In this document: in pieces, positions 47,458-56,955 of the stretch
How the letters are laid out: the number at the start of each line of letters is the position of its first letter
Numbering within the stretch: position 1 is the stretch's first letter
Source of the DNA: an uncultured bacterium
GTDB taxonomy: Bacteria; AUK180
DNA: 64,000 nucleotides
Direction: 5' to 3'
Assembly: GCA_937863565.1 (NCBI GenBank)
Contig: CALMGJ010000028.1
Coordinates: forward strand, 40,802 to 104,801
Notes under the pieces: model-generated
What the model saw: the letters and a program-made list of their open reading frames with translations, nothing else
What the model was told of the DNA's origin: nothing
The model's database searches: none
Translations under genes and position numbers: made by a program

Positions 47458-48951
47458 CTATCTTGAGAGCTTCTTTATAAGATGCCTTTCATGGTCATAT
47501 ATGTTCAGCGTAAGCGGCATCTGACCTGGAAGAGAATGCGTTGCGCAAGCCATGCACGGGTCATATGCCCTGAAAGCCATTTCGACTTTATTGAGGATCT
47601 CGTCGGAAACCTGGCCTTTTTTAATAAGGTTCTCAGCCGCCTTCGTTATGGACATTGATATCGCCGCGGCATTGCCGTATGTGGCCACAAGCAGGTTCAC
47701 GTAGTTTAAAACACCGCGTTCATCCGTCCGGTAATGATGGATGAGGGTCCCCCTTGGAGCTTCGACAACGCCGATGCCTTCCTCGGGTTTTCTTTCAGGC
47801 AAATTCCTGAGGTCCTTAGATGTAATGCTTTTATCTGACGAGAGTTCAAGCAGTCTTTCTGCGGCATAGAGCATCTCGACGAGCCTTGCCCAATGGAATG
47901 CCAAGGTGTGATGTGAAGGTTTGCCCCCCAGTGTCTTGAACATCGCGTCATGCTCCTTATCCGCGTATTCGGTAGCCATGCCGTCAGAGGCATTGAGTCT
48001 CGCAAGAGGGGCCACTCTGTAAACACCGCTCTTTTCACCGTCCGTGAACCCTTTCCAGCCTATCTTTTTCAGATAAGGGAATTTCACATAGCTCCATTCC
48101 TCCTTGTGTTCTGCGATATGGTCCCCGAAATCTTTCACATCGAACTTGGCGAACTCCCGGCCGTCCGGATTTACTACGCGGATCTTCCCGTCATAGAAAT
48201 TGACCTTATTGTTCTTGTCTACAAGACCCATATAATATGTGCGATGCCTGTAGATGTCGCCGGTGATGAGCTTGACATATTCTTCATTCTTGAGAACGAT
48301 ATTTCGGAAGGCATCAAGCGAGAATTTCGCAAAATCGATCGCATCTCGCGCGATACCTTCAATATTCTTTCTTTCATTTTCATCAAGCCCTTTCGAAACA
48401 CCGCCGGGAAGTCCGCATACGGGATGTATCACGCGACCGCCGAAGAATGTGATGATGCTGCGCAAACGCTTCCGCATTTCAATGACCCTTTTACCCGTTT
48501 CAAGGCCGACCTTCTCGATCACGCCCAGTATATTCCTGCTTCCCGCGGGAGCGCCCGGGCCTACGATGAAATCGGGACTTCCCAGAAAATAGAAATGCAG
48601 GGCATGGTCCTCGACCATGAAGGCGCAGTATATGATCTCTCTTATCTTCCTGGCGGTTTCCGTAGGTTCTATCTTGTAAAGGTCGTCCAGGGCCTTAGTA
48701 GAGGCCATATGATGCGCTGTCGGGCATACACCGCAGATCTTAGGCGTGATCCTCGGCATCTCTTCGGCGGCACGGCCGAGCGAGAACACTTCAAATCCTC
48801 TTAATTCGGGGATCTGCAGATAGGCGTTCTTCACATTGCCTTTATCGTCAAGGAATATCTCTATCTTGCCGTGGCCTTCAAGCCTTGTTATGGGATCGAT
48901 CGTGATCTTCTTCACTTCTTCCTCCGGGTCATCCTCTGAGCATCCATCCAT
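47458..48951 (-). CDS. [NiFe]-hydrogenase large subunit (group 3 / Mvh-like)
   Basis: RLEGHGK, KICGVCPTAHH (L1), C-terminal DPCMACATHS. Confidence 0.9.
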   Translation of the reverse strand: MDGCSEDDPEEEVKKITIDPITRLEGHGKIEIFLDDKGNVKNAYLQIPELRGFEVFSLGRAAEEMPRITPKICGVCPTAHHMASTKALDDLYKIEPTETARKIREIIYCAFMVEDHALHFYFLGSPDFIVGPGAPAGSRNILGVIEKVGLETGKRVIEMRKRLRSIITFFGGRVIHPVCGLPGGVSKGLDENERKNIEGIARDAIDFAKFSLDAFRNIVLKNEEYVKLITGDIYRHRTYYMGLVDKNNKVNFYDGKIRVVNPDGREFAKFDVKDFGDHIAEHKEEWSYVKFPYLKKIGWKGFTDGEKSGVYRVAPLARLNASDGMATEYADKEHDAMFKTLGGKPSHHTLAFHWARLVEMLYAAERLLELSSDKSITSKDLRNLPERKPEEGIGVVEAPRGTLIHHYRTDERGVLNYVNLLVATYGNAAAISMSITKAAENLIKKGQVSDEILNKVEMAFRAYDPCMACATHSLPGQMPLTLNIYDHERHLIKKLSR

Positions 48952-49583
48952 TCCGAGACTTTATGTATTCCGGACCCTGTCTTTCCGGACGTTTCGATCA
49001 CTTTCGCTTTCGGATTGACCGATCTGAGATTCTTAAGAAAGGTCTTTTTATCGAAATCGACATATGGCAGAAGGTCTATCTTGTTCAGGATGACAAGATC
49101 CGCTTTATTGAATGCCAGCGGGTATTTAGCAGGTTTATCATCGCCTTCCGGTACGGAAAGAACGACAATGTTCCGATGGGAGCCGGTATCGAATTCTGCA
49201 GGGCAGACAAGATTGCCGATATTCTCGATAATGACGGTTTTCACTTTTTTCAGATCGAGTTCCCCGAGAGCCGTCCTTATCCAGGAAGCCTCGAGATGGC
49301 AGTCGCCGCCGAACGGCCCCGTATTGATCGAAACCACTTTGACCTTTTTCTTTGAGATGCGTTCCGAATCGAGAGTCGTCTCGATATCCCCTTCCAGTAC
49401 TGCGACGGAACTCCTATCCTTCATTGTTCCGACAATGCTTTCGATGATCGTCGTTTTCCCTGAACCGGGGGAGCTCATCATATTGAAGGCTGTGATGCCT
49501 TTTCCGTTGAACCATTCCCTCGTACTTCCGGCAAGCTGATCGTTCGCTTTCAAAACACTTGTCAGGATCTTGATCTTATTCAA
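48912..49583 (-). CDS. hypB: hydrogenase nickel-incorporation GTPase HypB
   Basis: GSGKTT P-loop, ENIGNLVCP, NKIDL. Confidence 0.9.
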   Translation of the reverse strand: MNKIKILTSVLKANDQLAGSTREWFNGKGITAFNMMSSPGSGKTTIIESIVGTMKDRSSVAVLEGDIETTLDSERISKKKVKVVSINTGPFGGDCHLEASWIRTALGELDLKKVKTVIIENIGNLVCPAEFDTGSHRNIVVLSVPEGDDKPAKYPLAFNKADLVILNKIDLLPYVDFDKKTFLKNLRSVNPKAKVIETSGKTGSGIHKVSEWMDAQRMTRRKK

Positions 49584-49918
49584 TCATTAACCTCCACATA
49601 TTCGATGTTCAATTCCCTTCCTTTTACTATTTCAACGTCCCGGGAAGGACATTCGGGGCATTGAAGGACGAACCTGTCCTTAAGTACCGCACCGGCACCG
49701 CATTTTCTGCATCTTACGGACACCTTCACTCTTTTGATCTTGAGTTCCGCATCTTCCAGGGCGGTCCCTTTCTTTGCTATATCGAAAGAGAAACGCAACG
49801 CCTCAACTGAAACGCCTGATATATCCCCGACAGCCATCTTAAGCGCCCTGATCTTTTTATCCGGCACTTTTTCCGTGATGATATCGAATATATTCATGAC
49901 GATGCTCAGTTCGTGCAA
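49580..49918 (-). CDS. hypA: hydrogenase nickel-insertion protein HypA
   Basis: MHELSI N-terminus; CRKCG...CPEC zinc site. Confidence 0.9.
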   Translation of the reverse strand: MHELSIVMNIFDIITEKVPDKKIRALKMAVGDISGVSVEALRFSFDIAKKGTALEDAELKIKRVKVSVRCRKCGAGAVLKDRFVLQCPECPSRDVEIVKGRELNIEYVEVND

Positions 49919-50367
49919 AACGTCAACTCCCTCATCCGGCCAACGATCCCGGGGAAAAGGGACTGCATCCCGGGAGTAAGTTCTTCCGAAAATGTGACAT
50001 TGTCAATGACCTCGATCCCGAAGAACCTGATATCGTCCGCAATGCCGATCCCGTATTTCCGGCCGAGATCCAGAAGGTCGAAGAGATTGAGCCCGTGATA
50101 CCTGGAAGGGTTCGACCTGAATTCGCCGATCCTGCTTCTGTCCATTTCCAGAATATGTCCCGGAGGGTATTTTCCTGTCAGCATCGAATCTATAAAACAA
50201 ACGCTCGGTTCTCCCTCTATCTCGTAAATAAGATCAAGATTGCATATTTCGACGATCCTGCTTTTCAAGCCCGGGATATCCCTTTTCAGCGCTTCCACGA
50301 TCCTTATTCCAATGGAATCATCGCATAATATCATGTTCCCCAGGCCGACGAAAAGTGTGCCGCTCAT
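49906..50367 (-). CDS. hydrogenase maturation endopeptidase (HycI/HyaD family)
   Basis: LFVGLGNMILCDDSIGIR N-terminal motif; 153 aa. Confidence 0.8.
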   Translation of the reverse strand: MSGTLFVGLGNMILCDDSIGIRIVEALKRDIPGLKSRIVEICNLDLIYEIEGEPSVCFIDSMLTGKYPPGHILEMDRSRIGEFRSNPSRYHGLNLFDLLDLGRKYGIGIADDIRFFGIEVIDNVTFSEELTPGMQSLFPGIVGRMRELTFCTN

Positions 50368-50375
50368 TCCCGGGT

Positions 50376-51725
50376 CTACTCCTTCGGCGGCGCGGCGATG
50401 ATCTTGTTCTTCATTGCCAGATGAACGAGTTTCTGAGCTCTTTTGATCTTTTCGGCCGCGCTTTTCCTGAGTTCCTCTTCTGAAAGCGGTCTTCTTGCAG
50501 TACCGTCCTTCACCGCTTTAAGGCCGCAAGCCACTGCTTCGTCGATGAACGCTTCCGTATCGTCCATATCGGGGATGATATAGTCTTCTCTGAGACCGCG
50601 TTTCTGAGCTGTCTTGGCCAGCGATTCAGCCGCGGCAACGCACATCTCGTCTGTCACCGTTTTCGCCCAGACATCAAGTACCCCTCTGAATATGGCAGGG
50701 AACCCGAGTGAATTGTTCACCTGATTCGGAAAATCGCTCCTTCCGGTCGATACGATCCTCGCACCGGCCTCTTTTGCCTCCCATGGCCATATTTCCGGTA
50801 CGGGATTGGCGCAGGCGAATATGATCGCATCCTTGTTCATCCCTTTTATCCAATCCTTTTCGATCGTATTCGGGCCAGGTTTAGAAAGCGCGATGCATAC
50901 ATCGGCCCCGGCCATGGCCTCTTTGATCCCGCCTTTCTTGCCTTCGGCATTGCTCACTTCGCAGATATGCCATTTCTCCTTCGTTTTCGGGTCATTGAGA
51001 TCCGTCCTTTCCTTGTTCAATATACCCTTGGTATCTACCATGACGAGATTTCCCGGATCCACGCCCGCCAGCATTATGATCCTTGAAATGGCAATATTGG
51101 CAGCTCCGGCGCCGATCATCGTTATCTTTGCCGTTTTTATATCCTTCCCCACGACCTTGAGCGCATTGATCAGGCCGGCGAGGGTCACGGTGGCTGTTCC
51201 CTGCTGGTCGTCGTGCCATACCGGTATGTTCATCTCGTTTCTTAGTCTTTCAAGGATATAGAAGCATTTAGGCTGAGAAATGTCCTCAAGGTTAATGCCT
51301 CCGAACGTGGGTTCGAGCGCCTTAACGATCTCGATGAATTTATCGGGGTCCTTCTCTTTGATGCAAAGAGGGAAGGCATCAACGCCTCCGAGATATTTAA
51401 AAAGAAGCCCTTTGCCTTCCATTACGGGAAGACCTGCTTCCGGCCCGATATCCCCGAGACCAAGGACCCTTGTCCCGTCGGATATGACCGCTACGAAATT
51501 GCTTTTATTGGTGTGCTCCCATACCTTTTCGGGATATTCCTTGATCTCCTTGCAGGGAGCGGCGACACCGGGCGTATACCATATGGCAAAATCCCGGAAA
51601 TCCCTCACGCATGCTTTGAGCGTGATCTCAATCTTGCCTTTATAGAAAGGGTGCAGTTTCAGCGCATCGGCGGCCGGTTTTTTGGCCTTAGCAAGCAATT
51701 CCTCGACATTCACCTTTTTATCCAT
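50376..51725 (-). CDS. NAD(P)-dependent malic enzyme
   Basis: ATG at 51723-51725 with AGGAGG RBS; malic-enzyme N-domain and NAD-binding [10 protein letters not shown]. Confidence 0.88.
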   Translation of the reverse strand: MDKKVNVEELLAKAKKPAADALKLHPFYKGKIEITLKACVRDFRDFAIWYTPGVAAPCKEIKEYPEKVWEHTNKSNFVAVISDGTRVLGLGDIGPEAGLPVMEGKGLLFKYLGGVDAFPLCIKEKDPDKFIEIVKALEPTFGGINLEDISQPKCFYILERLRNEMNIPVWHDDQQGTATVTLAGLINALKVVGKDIKTAKITMIGAGAANIAISRIIMLAGVDPGNLVMVDTKGILNKERTDLNDPKTKEKWHICEVSNAEGKKGGIKEAMAGADVCIALSKPGPNTIEKDWIKGMNKDAIIFACANPVPEIWPWEAKEAGARIVSTGRSDFPNQVNNSLGFPAIFRGVLDVWAKTVTDEMCVAAAESLAKTAQKRGLREDYIIPDMDDTEAFIDEAVACGLKAVKDGTARRPLSEEELRKSAAEKIKRAQKLVHLAMKNKIIAAPPKE

Positions 51726-51738
51726 AGTTACCTCCTCC

Positions 51739-53406
51739 TTAAAATATATCAAGTATTCTCTGCAGTACGGCCTTCCCGCGGTATTCGGGCAGCAGTATCG
51801 GGGCTCTTCGTTCCGTTTTTATCCCTGCTTCCTTCAGCTCTTTACCGTAGCGTTCGAGATGCTTGAAGGAAAGGTCGCCGTTCTCCTTGTGCTTTTTTAT
51901 ATATTCCGCCGCAGTTGCGCCGGAGATCCTGCCGAAAACAATGCAGTCCAGTGTCGAATTCCCCATCAGGCGGTTCTTGCCGTGAACGCCGCCGGAAACC
52001 TCGCCCGCAACGAGCAATCCCTCGATATTGGTCCTCCCCTCCGGGTCGGTCTCGACCCCGCCGTTCTGGTAATGGAGCGTAGGGAAGACGAGAACAGGAT
52101 CCTTTATCATATCTATGCCGAAACGCTTGAACATCCTCACCATGCCGGGGAATGAATTCTCTATCGCGCCTTTGCCCTTGATCAGATCGATGAGCGGCGT
52201 ATCGAGCCAGACGCCTTTCATCCCGGTAGGCGTATCAACGCCGAGACCGTTCACATAGCATTCCTTGATAAAAGCTGAGGCTTCCACATCCCTCGGTTCA
52301 AGAGGATAAACAAAAGCGTCGCCGTTCACATTGACGGGCTGGCCGCCCATTGACCTCAATTTTTCCGTAAGAAGAAGACCGACGATCTGCTGGGGATATG
52401 CGGCGCCTGTCGGGTGGTATTGAACGGTATCCGTATCCCTGAGCTTTGCCCCGGTCCTGTAAGCGAGCACGACGCCGTCATTCGTTGCGCCGTAATGATT
52501 GGTCGTGGGGAAACCACGTATATGGAGCCGCCCGAAACCGCCTGTGGCAAGGATAGTTATCCTGGAGCGGACTATCTTGTACTCTCCGGTCTCCATTTCC
52601 CAGAGCACTGCGCCGGTGACCTTGCCTGTTCCAGGGTCGGTGAGAAGCTCTACGACAGGATTGAATTCGAGGCATGGTATTTTCCTGTTGCGGAATTCAT
52701 CCCTGAGCACGCGGAGTTCTTCCATCCCCGTATAGTCCTTGCAAGCATGCATTCTTTTCCTTGAAGTGCCGCCGCCCGGAAGTCTTACGAAATCCCCGTC
52801 CTCCATGCGGTCGAACAGAACACCGAGCCCCGTCATCCATTGGAGCGCAACGGGCGCTTCGCTGACAAGAGCCTTTAACACGTCCGGTTTATTGGTAAAA
52901 TGCCCTCCGCCCAAAGCATCGATGAAATGTATCGGAGGAGAATCCTCCTTCGAATCGGCAACTTGAGTTCCGCCCTGGGCCATGATCGAATTTGAATCCC
53001 CATGGCGCAGCTTGTTCACAAGGAGTATCCTTTCAACGGGAATGCCGTTGTCATTTGCAAGTAGCGCGGCCGAAGTGCCGGCAAGTCCGCCGCCGATGAT
53101 CAGGATATCGGTATCGATATCGATCTTTTTAAGATCAACGGAGCGGGTATCTATCAGAGGATGGGCTTCAATAAGGTCGGCAACTTCGCTTGGGGCCAGA
53201 TCGCCTTTGTTCACGCCGATCTTGAGAGCTCTTTTGCCCTCCTTGTGATAATCCGGATGGCAGAGGTTCAGGACATCGTCCCGGGCCGCCAGGCTCATCG
53301 CGGGAACGGATGTCTTAAGTCTTTTCGATCTGGTCGCTTCCACCTTTTTTATCGATTCCCTCATACTCTTGGGATAACCGCCAATGAGTTTGTATTCTTC
53401 GCCCAT
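51739..53406 (-). CDS. fumarate reductase/succinate dehydrogenase flavoprotein-like subunit with ~100-aa N-terminal extension
   Basis: ILIIGGGLAG FAD fold; RSMGGQ and HYQNGGV motifs; no Tat signal in the extension. Confidence 0.8.
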   Translation of the reverse strand: MGEEYKLIGGYPKSMRESIKKVEATRSKRLKTSVPAMSLAARDDVLNLCHPDYHKEGKRALKIGVNKGDLAPSEVADLIEAHPLIDTRSVDLKKIDIDTDILIIGGGLAGTSAALLANDNGIPVERILLVNKLRHGDSNSIMAQGGTQVADSKEDSPPIHFIDALGGGHFTNKPDVLKALVSEAPVALQWMTGLGVLFDRMEDGDFVRLPGGGTSRKRMHACKDYTGMEELRVLRDEFRNRKIPCLEFNPVVELLTDPGTGKVTGAVLWEMETGEYKIVRSRITILATGGFGRLHIRGFPTTNHYGATNDGVVLAYRTGAKLRDTDTVQYHPTGAAYPQQIVGLLLTEKLRSMGGQPVNVNGDAFVYPLEPRDVEASAFIKECYVNGLGVDTPTGMKGVWLDTPLIDLIKGKGAIENSFPGMVRMFKRFGIDMIKDPVLVFPTLHYQNGGVETDPEGRTNIEGLLVAGEVSGGVHGKNRLMGNSTLDCIVFGRISGATAAEYIKKHKENGDLSFKHLERYGKELKEAGIKTERRAPILLPEYRGKAVLQRILDIF

Positions 53407-53407
53407 C

Positions 53408-54178
53408 CTATCCTCCTTTAATGAATTTGTCCTTGTTGGCCAGCTGATCCTTGTAGATCTTTACAAGTTCATCCTTGTTCTTCTTGACAAGATCCTTGAA
53501 CTCCTTGTCGTAAACACCCTTTTTTATATCGCTGACCCTTTTATCAAGGACTGCATTCCTCGGATACCCGTACCTTCCGTACATCTCCCGCCCGAATTGG
53601 GCAACATGGTAATGTACGATCTCAGCTGGGCATCTGACAGCGCACATCCCGCATTGGATGCAGTCAAAAGAGAGCTCGGAAACCTTTTTGAAATCCCCTC
53701 TCAAGGCGGCTTGGATATAATCCATGACCTGAAGGTCCTGCGGACAGGCCTTTGTGCAGGTATTACATGAAACGCAGCGGGCGATCTCGGGAAAATACGC
53801 CAGAAAAGCCCCGTCTTCGTATCCGGTCTTCTCGATATTCCATCTCGGTTTAACTGCCGGCGAGAATGGAAGCTGAACGAGGAACATGCCCTCTTCAACC
53901 CTGGTCTGGCATGCCATCGCCGTTTTAAGCCTGTAATCGCCTTTTAAACGGTATATGGTCGAACAGGCGCCGCAGAAACCCGCGCGGCACCCGCATGAAT
54001 GGATGAAGCGGAAACCGGCATATTCCATCGCCTGCATTATCGTAAGATCGGCCGGGACCTCGTATCTTTGCCCCATGATATAGATATTGGCCCAGTGTTT
54101 GATCTCGCTTTTATCGACCCCCTTGATCACGGAACTGTTCGCTTTCGCGATCTCACCCATGATGTCTTTTTTCGACAT
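53408..54178 (-). CDS. fumarate reductase/succinate dehydrogenase iron-sulfur subunit
   Basis: 2Fe-2S CGCRAGFCGACS; CVSCNTCTKACP and CIQCGMCAVRCP cluster motifs. Confidence 0.85.
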   Translation of the reverse strand: MSKKDIMGEIAKANSSVIKGVDKSEIKHWANIYIMGQRYEVPADLTIMQAMEYAGFRFIHSCGCRAGFCGACSTIYRLKGDYRLKTAMACQTRVEEGMFLVQLPFSPAVKPRWNIEKTGYEDGAFLAYFPEIARCVSCNTCTKACPQDLQVMDYIQAALRGDFKKVSELSFDCIQCGMCAVRCPAEIVHYHVAQFGREMYGRYGYPRNAVLDKRVSDIKKGVYDKEFKDLVKKNKDELVKIYKDQLANKDKFIKGG

Positions 54179-54190
54179 ATGAAGCCTCCC

Positions 54191-55084
54191 TTATCTTTTT
54201 ATTTTCTTTTCGCCGGTCTGCGCGAGGGCCGTCTTTATGAACCCCGGTTCCTCATCCCATTCTCCCGGGTCCATTCCAAGAGCATAGGCCGACAATTCGG
54301 TGAAGTATGCCACAGGGATCCCTTTGAAATCCGGATATGCAGCGCATATTTCATTTTGGATATCTTTCAGATTGAAAAAACAAAGAGGACAAGCGGTAAT
54401 GACGGCATCCGCACCCGATTCTATTGCGGATGTAAGTATCTTATATGCCAGTTCGACTACCTTCTCCCTGGCGTTAACCGTCTGATATGAGCCGCAACAC
54501 AAGCGGGAGAAGGGCGTACTCAGGGCCTCTGCACCGAAAGTCTCCACATATCTTTCCAATATCACCGGTGCTTCGGCGTCATCGAGGGATGCCTCCTTCG
54601 GTCTTAAAAGCGTACAGCCGTAATAAACGAAAACCTTCAGGCCCTTGAGCTTTCTTTTCAGTTTGACCGAACCCGGTTCAATGCTCTTGAACAACTCGAG
54701 GAAATGAAGAACGGAGACATTGCCCTGATAAGCGCTCTCAGTATCCATGATGTTCTTTATTTTACTTCTGTCTTCAGCTGAATTCTTATAGCGTATATTA
54801 GCCCTTTTCAGCGTATTAAAGCACATCGAACAAAGCGTGACGAGTGTTTCCTCGCTTAGAAACGCCCCTTCTTTCATATCCTGAACCCTGACAAGATTCC
54901 TGATCGGGGCGAGGTGATGGATCAGATCATCGGACGAAAGGGAGAAGACAGCGCCGCAACAATTCCAGTTGGGAAGCTCAATAAATTCATAACCGAGCTT
55001 TTCCGCTGTGTAAAGCGCCGTTTTTTCGAATATCTTCGCCTTTGTCTTCAGAGTGCAACCCGGATAGTATCCTATCTTCTTCAT
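54191..55084 (-). CDS. HdrB-like / SdhE-type protein with two CCG domains
   Basis: YYPGC and CCG motifs twice (NWNCCGA, CCGS...CPLC). Confidence 0.85.
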   Translation of the reverse strand: MKKIGYYPGCTLKTKAKIFEKTALYTAEKLGYEFIELPNWNCCGAVFSLSSDDLIHHLAPIRNLVRVQDMKEGAFLSEETLVTLCSMCFNTLKRANIRYKNSAEDRSKIKNIMDTESAYQGNVSVLHFLELFKSIEPGSVKLKRKLKGLKVFVYYGCTLLRPKEASLDDAEAPVILERYVETFGAEALSTPFSRLCCGSYQTVNAREKVVELAYKILTSAIESGADAVITACPLCFFNLKDIQNEICAAYPDFKGIPVAYFTELSAYALGMDPGEWDEEPGFIKTALAQTGEKKIKR

Positions 55085-55093
55085 ATTCTTCCC

Positions 55094-55516
55094 CTAACCC
55101 GTCATTTTCCGCAAAGCCGCAACAAGCGCGATCTGGGGAAGTTTTTCCAGTTCGGCCGGAGTCAGTTTTGAAAGGTCGATCCTGTTCACGGAATCCCTCA
55201 GGATGATCTGCCTCAGGGCTTCAGCCACTTTTGAGATATCTATGCCCCTCGGACACCGTACCGTGCATGTATAACAGGAAGCGCAGTACCAGATGATGTC
55301 CGAACCGAGGATCTCCTTCTGCCCGAGGGCGGCCATCCTCATCATCAGGCTCGGGGAGGTCTCCGCTTTATCGCACATGGGGCATCCGCCAGAGCAAGTC
55401 CCACACTGTTCGCATAATGTTACGATCTCGCCTGAAAGTTCGATGATCTTTTTCGTGAACTCGGCACTTTCTTTGTCAAGAATTATCTTTTTGCTCATCA
55501 TTTCTCCTTTTATCAC
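55094..55516 (-). CDS. HdrC-like 2x[4Fe-4S] ferredoxin-domain protein
   Basis: CEQCGTCSGGCP and CASCYTCTVRCP. Confidence 0.8.
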   Translation of the reverse strand: MIKGEMMSKKIILDKESAEFTKKIIELSGEIVTLCEQCGTCSGGCPMCDKAETSPSLMMRMAALGQKEILGSDIIWYCASCYTCTVRCPRGIDISKVAEALRQIILRDSVNRIDLSKLTPAELEKLPQIALVAALRKMTG

Positions 55517-56480
55517 CGAGATTTGAGGCCGGAAGGCTGTACATATAGAAGAGGCCGACAGGGTCAGGTATCGAATCGATCAGCCGGGACACATCCTCCT
55601 CGCTTGCGATCTCTTCTTCATCTATTCCAAGAAGCGACGCAATGGCGGAGAGTATCTTCGCCCCCTGGTCATAAACCCGAGGGGAAGGTCCGAAGCATCC
55701 CCGGCAGGGCATATTGGCATTGATGCAACGCTCGCCGCAGCCGGAGCGGGTGGCCGGTCCCAAACAAATTATACCTTCGGAAAGGAAGCATTTCTCGGGA
55801 TCATGTATGACCTCATGAGGCCTTTTCAACTCTTTTATACTGAATTTATCCGGTTTTTTATCCCGTAGAGGGCATGTGTCGCAAAGTGATTTATCCGAAG
55901 CGAACACTGTGCCCTTTGGAGGTAATTCGCCCTTCAGAAAAGCAGTTAACCCTTTAAGTATGATGTCGGCCGGCGGCGCGCAGCCAGGGATATAGTAGTC
56001 CACATCGATGGTTTGGTCCAAAGTCCTTACATATTCGCATATTTCCGGAATCTCCAGTTCGTTCCCATCCGCTTTTGAGAGCGGTTTCGGCACCGTTCTA
56101 TCGTCATTCGTTTCAAGGTCTTCATAAATAAGTTTCAGAAGTTTTTCTTTTGCGAATTGATTGCCGAGTCCCGGTATACCCCCGATATGCGCGCAGGAAC
56201 CGAAAGCTGCCACATACGCGGACTTCTTTCTCAATAATCTCACCATCTCTTCCTGTTCCCTTGTCCTGATCGCACCGTTAATGAAACTTACCGCAATGCT
56301 CCGGTCGGACAATTTTTCGACATCGCTCCTTTTAAAATCAAGGGCGACCGGCCAGAAAACGATGTCCACTTTTTCGGCTACCTGGAGCAGGTCTTCATTG
56401 AGATCCACAACGGCTTCTTCGCAACCGCCGCAGGAAGCGCACCAGTAGAAAGCCACTTTCGGTTTACTCATAGTATTCAC
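55476..56480 (-). CDS. [NiFe]-hydrogenase small subunit (group 3 / MvhG-like)
   Basis: VAFYWCASCGGCEEA proximal-cluster motif, GSCAHIGG, C-terminal Cys clusters; GTG start at 56480 or ATG at 56471. Confidence 0.85.
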   Translation of the reverse strand: MNTMSKPKVAFYWCASCGGCEEAVVDLNEDLLQVAEKVDIVFWPVALDFKRSDVEKLSDRSIAVSFINGAIRTREQEEMVRLLRKKSAYVAAFGSCAHIGGIPGLGNQFAKEKLLKLIYEDLETNDDRTVPKPLSKADGNELEIPEICEYVRTLDQTIDVDYYIPGCAPPADIILKGLTAFLKGELPPKGTVFASDKSLCDTCPLRDKKPDKFSIKELKRPHEVIHDPEKCFLSEGIICLGPATRSGCGERCINANMPCRGCFGPSPRVYDQGAKILSAIASLLGIDEEEIASEEDVSRLIDSIPDPVGLFYMYSLPASNLGDKRRNDEQKDNS

Positions 56481-56538
56481 CTGTTAATAAACGAAATGGA
56501 TTATATTTAGCATTATATATCTCAAAATCATTTTTATA

Positions 56539-56955
56539 TCATGCATTCTTCGGAGGGCCAAGTTCGATCATCTTTTCAATGGTAGAATTTACAACGGATG
56601 CGAATCTTTCTCCCTCGCTTGCCGACACCCAGTCTATGGTCAGCCTCTCCTTCTCATAACCCATATCCTCAAGCACTCTTTTAAGAAGAAGCGTTCTTCT
56701 GAGAGCTTTATAATTCCCGTTTTTATAGTGGCAGTCTCCGGGATGGCAGCCGAGGATGAGGACGCCCCACGCACCTTTCTTGAAAGCTTCCAATACGGTA
56801 TCCGGTTCTACTCTGCTTGAACACATTGTCCTTATGATCCTGAAATACGGTTTTATGTCCATTTTCGATACACCGGCATTATCCGCGCCGGCATACGAGC
56901 ACCAGTTGCAGCAGAAAACCACAAGTTTCGGTCTTTCTATTGTTCCCTTCTTCAT
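56539..56955 (-). CDS. MvhD-like hydrogenase iron-sulfur subunit
   Basis: LVVFCCNWCSYAGADNAG motif; ATG at 56953-56955 overlaps HdrA stop (ATGA). Confidence 0.85.
   Translation of the reverse strand: MKKGTIERPKLVVFCCNWCSYAGADNAGVSKMDIKPYFRIIRTMCSSRVEPDTVLEAFKKGAWGVLILGCHPGDCHYKNGNYKALRRTLLLKRVLEDMGYEKERLTIDWVSASEGERFASVVNSTIEKMIELGPPKNA

Noticed and set aside
47950-48804. 284-aa plus-strand ORF
   Set aside because: Antisense to the [NiFe]-hydrogenase large subunit.
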